Positions 59,157 through 64,000 of a stretch of DNA of 64,000 nt are shown here, one piece after another. Source of the stretch: Promethearchaeota archaeon (GTDB lineage: Archaea > Asgardarchaeota > Lokiarchaeia > Sigyniarchaeales > SOKP01). The notes below the pieces were generated by a model. It searched no databases and was not told where the DNA came from. It worked only from the letters and a program-made list of their open reading frames with translations. Position numbers and translations under genes: made by a program. The stretch is from NCBI GenBank assembly GCA_048940645.1, contig JBHLOI010000001.1:64001-128000 (forward strand), given 5' to 3'. Each line of letters starts with the position of its first letter. The first letter of the stretch is position 1.

Positions 59157-60092
59157 TTATTTATTTTTCCTGTTACTAATTTTAAAGCTTATTATAATTA
59201 CCATTGCTGCAATGACATTTACTAATCCGAAGAAACTAAAACTAACCAAAACTAATTTACTTTCTGGTATAGAAGTATAGACAATTCCAACTAAATTATA
59301 TTCAATTATTTCATTATTCCATTCCCAACTATAACATTTACTACCATATTTATCAAGAAATTTATCAATAAATGGTATTTTAACTTGATTTAAATCAGAG
59401 ATAAGGCAATCTTCTTCATAATAGCAGTAATCTGGTAAGACACCATATACTTTAAATTCTACTTTTTCAGTTATATTGCCATTCCAGACCCTTGCAGTTC
59501 CCACATCATAAATAATTTCGCAAGATCCAAAATTTTCAATCATATATTTAACACTACTTTCTTTAGAATCAAATGAGAAATTGATTAAAACAGAATCGTT
59601 CGCAGGAATAGTTACATTAAAAATGTAAAACTTTCTACCATCTTCAATATTGTCTAGATATTTACTCCAGATTTCTGAAATGTTTGGATTTACCTGTCCT
59701 TGAGAAATCGTATTATAGATGAGTGCTGGATTATTATCTATGGTTAATGAATAATTGTATATGGAAGTACCCCGCCCTAAAGGCATTCCTATAGTGATAT
59801 TTATCGTCTCATCTGGGTTAAATATCGTATAATTACTTTTACATTTCCACCTTAGACCGAAAAAGTCCCGGTTGTTTATCGGGAAATATCGAGCATTTAT
59901 TTCAAATAAAACTTCAGCATTAAGTAATGAAAGAGATGAATTTTCTTTAGGTAATATCCCACATATCGTGCTCACTGGACTAGGATTTGCTTTTACAAAA
60001 TCTGTAGTATTTATTTGATTGAGCTGGATCGTCAATAAAATAAGAATGAATAAATAAATTTTCCTTTTATTCAACTTCTGTCTCATATTCAA
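59157..60092 (-). CDS. Secreted, C-terminally anchored protein (DUF4424-like), tandem paralog
   Basis: Near-identical N-terminus and upstream sequence to 58194..59108. Confidence 0.65.
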   Translation of the reverse strand: MNMRQKLNKRKIYLFILILLTIQLNQINTTDFVKANPSPVSTICGILPKENSSLSLLNAEVLFEINARYFPINNRDFFGLRWKCKSNYTIFNPDETINITIGMPLGRGTSIYNYSLTIDNNPALIYNTISQGQVNPNISEIWSKYLDNIEDGRKFYIFNVTIPANDSVLINFSFDSKESSVKYMIENFGSCEIIYDVGTARVWNGNITEKVEFKVYGVLPDYCYYEEDCLISDLNQVKIPFIDKFLDKYGSKCYSWEWNNEIIEYNLVGIVYTSIPESKLVLVSFSFFGLVNVIAAMVIIISFKISNRKNK

Positions 60093-60144
60093 GATACAAA
60101 AAAGTCAAGTAAACTTTTAATTTTTTTCTATAGATGTATGCTAT

Positions 60145-61509
60145 TTACTTTAATTCAATTCGACCAATTGCTCTAAATGGTAAATTCTTGCTAAACTCAT
60201 TATAATCAAATATTCTCCTTCCATCTATTAGATTTGGTGTTTTCATAAGTCTTTTTAAATCATTTGGTTTTAATTTTCGGAACTCATCCCATTCTGTAAT
60301 CAGTAAAGCACATTCAGAACCTTTTAAAGCCTCTTCGATTGAACCAGCATACTTAATTTTATCTTTCAGTTCAATTTTAGCGGTTTCGATTGCTTGAGGA
60401 TCGTATCCTATAATATCTGTTATATTTCTCCTTAATAATTCATTCACTACCCTAACACTTGCAGCTCCTCGCATGTCATCGGTACCAGGTTTAAATGCAA
60501 GGCCTAATAAAGTAATTTTTTTACCCTTTAACCCTCCAGTTAATTCTTCGGCAATTTCTACAATATGTATAGCTTGGTCATCATTAATATCAAGAACCGC
60601 TTCTAATAATTTCGATTTATATCCCTTACTCTCTGACCATGCCTTTATTGCATTAACATCCTTATGAAAACAAGCCCCTCCGAAACCTACACCTGCGCCT
60701 AAAAATTTTGGATTTATTCTATAATCTAAGCCTACACCTTTCATCACTTCTACAATATCAACATTGGGAACTAATTCTGCAAAGTTAGCAAATTCATTTG
60801 CATAACTAATTTTAGTGGATAAAAGACAGTTATTTCCATACTTAACTAATTCTGCGCTTTCTAAGTTCATTCGGAGAACAGGACAATTTTTCAGATGATT
60901 ACCATAAAAATATTCATAAAATTCTTGTAGCATAACTCCGCTTTTTTCATCAAATTCTCCAATAATAATTCTATCTGGATACAATGTATCTTGAATTGAA
61001 CGTCCTTCTGCTAAAAATTCTGGTTGCATGCATAATCCATAATCCTTCCCTGGATCTTTTCCTGAAACCTTAGAGATAATCTTTCCTACTAAATTGCGTG
61101 TTGTACCAGGGACTACAGTTGATCTAACAACTACTAAATGATATTTATCTTTAGTTTTTAATGCGTCTCCAATTTCTTTTGCCGTACTTTCAATAAAACT
61201 TAAATCAATACTTTTATCCTCTCTCATTGGAGTTCCTTGGGTAATCATGGATATATCTGTCTCAGTTATTGCTTTTACTGGATCAGTTAAACACTTTAAA
61301 AGATCGGGTTTAAATTTTTTAATATTATCCATTATTTGTTGTAAACCAGTTTCATAAAAGGGAGCTTTACCCTCATTAATCATATTTGCCTTTTTTTCAT
61401 TATGGGTTGATGCTAAAACTTGTATATCTTTATTCGCAAAGCAAGCTGCTGAGCATAACCCTATAAAGCCAGTTCCTAAAATTGACACTTTATATTTGAA
61501 CATTTTCAA
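60145..61509 (-). CDS. UDP-glucose/GDP-mannose 6-dehydrogenase family protein
   Basis: GTGFIG, STVVPGTT, PEFL.EG, SAELVKY, GFGGACF.KD, LGLAFKPGTDD.R, DGR. Confidence 0.93.
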   Translation of the reverse strand: MKMFKYKVSILGTGFIGLCSAACFANKDIQVLASTHNEKKANMINEGKAPFYETGLQQIMDNIKKFKPDLLKCLTDPVKAITETDISMITQGTPMREDKSIDLSFIESTAKEIGDALKTKDKYHLVVVRSTVVPGTTRNLVGKIISKVSGKDPGKDYGLCMQPEFLAEGRSIQDTLYPDRIIIGEFDEKSGVMLQEFYEYFYGNHLKNCPVLRMNLESAELVKYGNNCLLSTKISYANEFANFAELVPNVDIVEVMKGVGLDYRINPKFLGAGVGFGGACFHKDVNAIKAWSESKGYKSKLLEAVLDINDDQAIHIVEIAEELTGGLKGKKITLLGLAFKPGTDDMRGAASVRVVNELLRRNITDIIGYDPQAIETAKIELKDKIKYAGSIEEALKGSECALLITEWDEFRKLKPNDLKRLMKTPNLIDGRRIFDYNEFSKNLPFRAIGRIELK

Positions 61510-61706
61510 GGATCTACTCTTATTATTTTTATATTTCTAAGATATTTGGAATTATAATTAAAGCTTTTGATGAGTTTTAAATAAATTTAAAATAAAGTGA
61601 ATCTAATATTACATTTATGGTTTCTTTTTGAAATATTAGATTCATGGAAATACCATGGGTAGAATATTTCTAAGTGTAATTAAAATATAGAGGTAATAAT
61701 AAAAAA

Positions 61707-62993
61707 ATGAATGACTTAAGGAAAAAGCTAAAAATTTCAGATAAGGCGTTAAAGGCAGTAAATGATTTTCTTTTAGATGGAAGTAATCCACTACTTAACA
61801 ACTTATTAGAATTGGTAGATAACTATGGTGGTGTTGAGGAAATTAACAAGAAGGCTAATGAGGCTGGAAAAATTGAAAATTTAATGCAAAAATTAGAAAA
61901 GAAGAATCCTGATTACATAAAGGATCTTGAATGGTTAATAGATCAGAGAGAAAATGATGCTTTTATCAGCATACCTGAATATCGAAAGAAAATTCTTGGA
62001 GAGAAAGCATCAGAAGTAAAATTCAAGGAGAATTTTGCCGTAACTTTAGAGTTATCCGCATGTCAATATTTTCCATTTCTTATTGATATTGCTAAAGATG
62101 CCATTGATACTCAACAATTAGTTCCTGGAAGGATTATTCGGGTTAGAAATATGAAGGAACAGGAGGAAGATGGAGATTTAATAGCAATGGCAGCAGCAAT
62201 GCAAATAATTGGTTCTACGTGGGTTGAGACATTAGATACAAAAGGAACCGCTCCAGGGCCAGATGGGCTTCCTGTAAATGTACATTTAGGAGGACCTGAA
62301 ACCATAACCGGATATTTTGGGGGTGTGGGGCAACCTAATGATTTTGCTTTGAAATGGATCGATGAATTCCTTTATTACTATACTAATTATGGAATAAAGC
62401 AAGCGCTTAATGTAAATCCCGGTACTGTTTTACTTGGATATTTCATCTATAAATTGGGAATTAATAACGAATTTAAAATTAGTGTTTATATGGGTAATGA
62501 CAACCCATATGCTTGTCTTTGGACTCTATTAACAGCAAAATTATTTGCACGTGAAGATGGTTCAAGTCCTCTCATTGGCTTTAATCTCGCTAACTCAGTT
62601 AATAATGAAACTATTGAACTATCGGCATATATTCGTAAAAATTTTGATTTTGAAGATGTGATTAGATTAGAACATCATATAACTGAAACTTGGAAGAGTA
62701 TAGTAAGGCAACCTTATGATCGAAGAGAGGAATTATTAGAATTAGCGGCAAAAGTTAAGAATGTAAGTGCTAAACATGAAGGAGGCGATATAGAAGTTGA
62801 AAAAAGCAGGGAACACCCTACTGATATTCTTGAATATTTTATGCCTAAAGAAGAATTGATAAAAGCAGGATTATGGGATTTTCTACGAATAAATCATCTA
62901 GATAGATATAGAGCAGTGAATCATACTGCTAAGGCTCTTACCGAAAAAGGTCTTAGCTTTATTGCTGCGAGTAATTTACATAAATCGATTTAA
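61707..62993 (+). CDS. Conserved-looking hypothetical protein
   Basis: Long ORF with SD (gaggt) and Gly/His-containing motifs (VHLGGPETITGYFGG, EHHITE, KHEGG); function not recognised. Confidence 0.75.
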   Translation: MNDLRKKLKISDKALKAVNDFLLDGSNPLLNNLLELVDNYGGVEEINKKANEAGKIENLMQKLEKKNPDYIKDLEWLIDQRENDAFISIPEYRKKILGEKASEVKFKENFAVTLELSACQYFPFLIDIAKDAIDTQQLVPGRIIRVRNMKEQEEDGDLIAMAAAMQIIGSTWVETLDTKGTAPGPDGLPVNVHLGGPETITGYFGGVGQPNDFALKWIDEFLYYYTNYGIKQALNVNPGTVLLGYFIYKLGINNEFKISVYMGNDNPYACLWTLLTAKLFAREDGSSPLIGFNLANSVNNETIELSAYIRKNFDFEDVIRLEHHITETWKSIVRQPYDRREELLELAAKVKNVSAKHEGGDIEVEKSREHPTDILEYFMPKEELIKAGLWDFLRINHLDRYRAVNHTAKALTEKGLSFIAASNLHKSI

Positions 62994-63013
62994 AATTAAG
63001 AGGTTAATATAAA

Positions 63014-64000
63014 ATGGGAATGTTTGATTTTCGTCCAACTGGAGTCATGCCAGCTATGGTTACTCCTTTCAATAAAGATGAATCAATTAACGAGGAAATG
63101 TTAAGGAATTTAGTTAATCATCTAATTGAACAAGGGGTCACAGGTTTAGTGCCTTCTGGAACAACAGGGGAATTTGTAAATATGACTTTTGAAGAAAGAT
63201 TAAAAGTGATAGAGATTGTTGTGGATGAAACTAATGGTAGGGTTCCTGTTATTGCAGGTACAGGAGAAACTGGCACTAAATTAGTAATTGATGCAACTAA
63301 ATCGGCAACAGATATTGGAGCAGATGCAGTATTAATTGTTACTCCTTATTACTTAAAACCTAAAGCTAAAGGTCTTTACGATCATTATTTTACAATAGCA
63401 GAAAAAACAGAAATTCCTATTGTTCTTTATAATATTCCTGTTTGTACTGGAGTAGAGTTACCATGGACAGTGGTTGAAGACCTTGTAGAAATTGAGAATA
63501 TCGTTGGAATTAAAGATTCTAGTGGAGATTATAAATATTTTTCTGCCCTATTAGAAAAAGTAAGTGATATAATTTCTGTCATGATTGGATGGGATGAAAA
63601 TGTCCTTGGTGCTTTAGCGGGAGGTGCCGCTGGATGTATTTTAGGTTCTGCAAATGTATTTCCTAAAATTTGGCTTGAAATTTATAACCATATAAAAAGC
63701 AATCGTTTAGAAGAAGCACAAGTACTTCAAAAGCGAGTCCAGAAGTTAGCCAGACTTTTAATAAATTCAGGAGCATTAGGTGTTAAATCTTGTTTAAATA
63801 TGATGAAGATTCCAGTAGGTAAAACCCGACAACCACTTGTTTTAGGTGATGCTCTCTCTTATGAAATAAAAGATGAGTTGCGAGTCGAGCTTGAAAAGTT
63901 AGATTTAATTCAAAAGACAGAATTACAGTTTGAATTTGGAGAAAAACCACTTACAAGCCGATTTTATAGTGTTGGAATTACACCCAAGAAAATTACAGAT
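63014..64000 (+). CDS. dapA: Dihydrodipicolinate synthase family protein with C-terminal extension, 3'-partial
   Basis: PAMVTPF, GTTGE, VPVIAGTG, TPYY, LYNIP, GIKDSSGD; frame still open at window end. Confidence 0.85.
   Translation, partial: MGMFDFRPTGVMPAMVTPFNKDESINEEMLRNLVNHLIEQGVTGLVPSGTTGEFVNMTFEERLKVIEIVVDETNGRVPVIAGTGETGTKLVIDATKSATDIGADAVLIVTPYYLKPKAKGLYDHYFTIAEKTEIPIVLYNIPVCTGVELPWTVVEDLVEIENIVGIKDSSGDYKYFSALLEKVSDIISVMIGWDENVLGALAGGAAGCILGSANVFPKIWLEIYNHIKSNRLEEAQVLQKRVQKLARLLINSGALGVKSCLNMMKIPVGKTRQPLVLGDALSYEIKDELRVELEKLDLIQKTELQFEFGEKPLTSRFYSVGITPKKITD

Noticed and set aside
1-64000. CRISPR array, tRNA/rRNA, IS or provirus
   Set aside because: No regularly spaced repeats, GC-rich structural RNA, transposase, integrase or capsid genes recognised

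Overview
AT-rich archaeal DNA, most likely an Asgard archaeon of the Lokiarchaeia (Promethearchaeia) type. This is inferred from gene content: a ubiquitin-like protein ending in GG, a small-GTPase fusion, many Zn-ribbon/RING-like proteins, expanded family-5 solute-binding proteins, Fwd/Hdr subunits and a candidate selenoprotein. I recognised no rRNA, tRNA, CRISPR array or mobile element. Housekeeping and metabolic genes: AlaX, class II RNR, MtaB/CDKAL1-type methylthiotransferase, UvsE, HdrB, FdhD, Fwd(H/F/D/B/C), KorAB, UDP-glucose dehydrogenase and a DapA-like enzyme. Main observations: (1) A multi-copy three-module membrane system of TM + left-handed beta-helix (LbH) units (types A, B, C; fused AB+C and fully split A+B+C). 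It resembles the C1-C2-C3 terminal region of Pls/PosA-type NRPS polymer synthetases but has no A-T domains, and a stand-alone adenylate-forming enzyme lies between the clusters. (2) An unannotated peroxiredoxin-like gene with an in-frame TGA at the catalytic Cys position (probable selenocysteine). (3) Four genes that appear to need non-canonical start codons (ATT x3, CTG x1). (4) A 37-bp element repeated 11 kb apart (36/37 identical), plus a partial third copy, around a tandem winged-helix regulator, linking a Ubl gene and a secreted beta-helix protein. (5) Several tandem duplications, including orphan solute-binding proteins with mosaic identity. All family calls are from motif recognition by eye; no database search was run.
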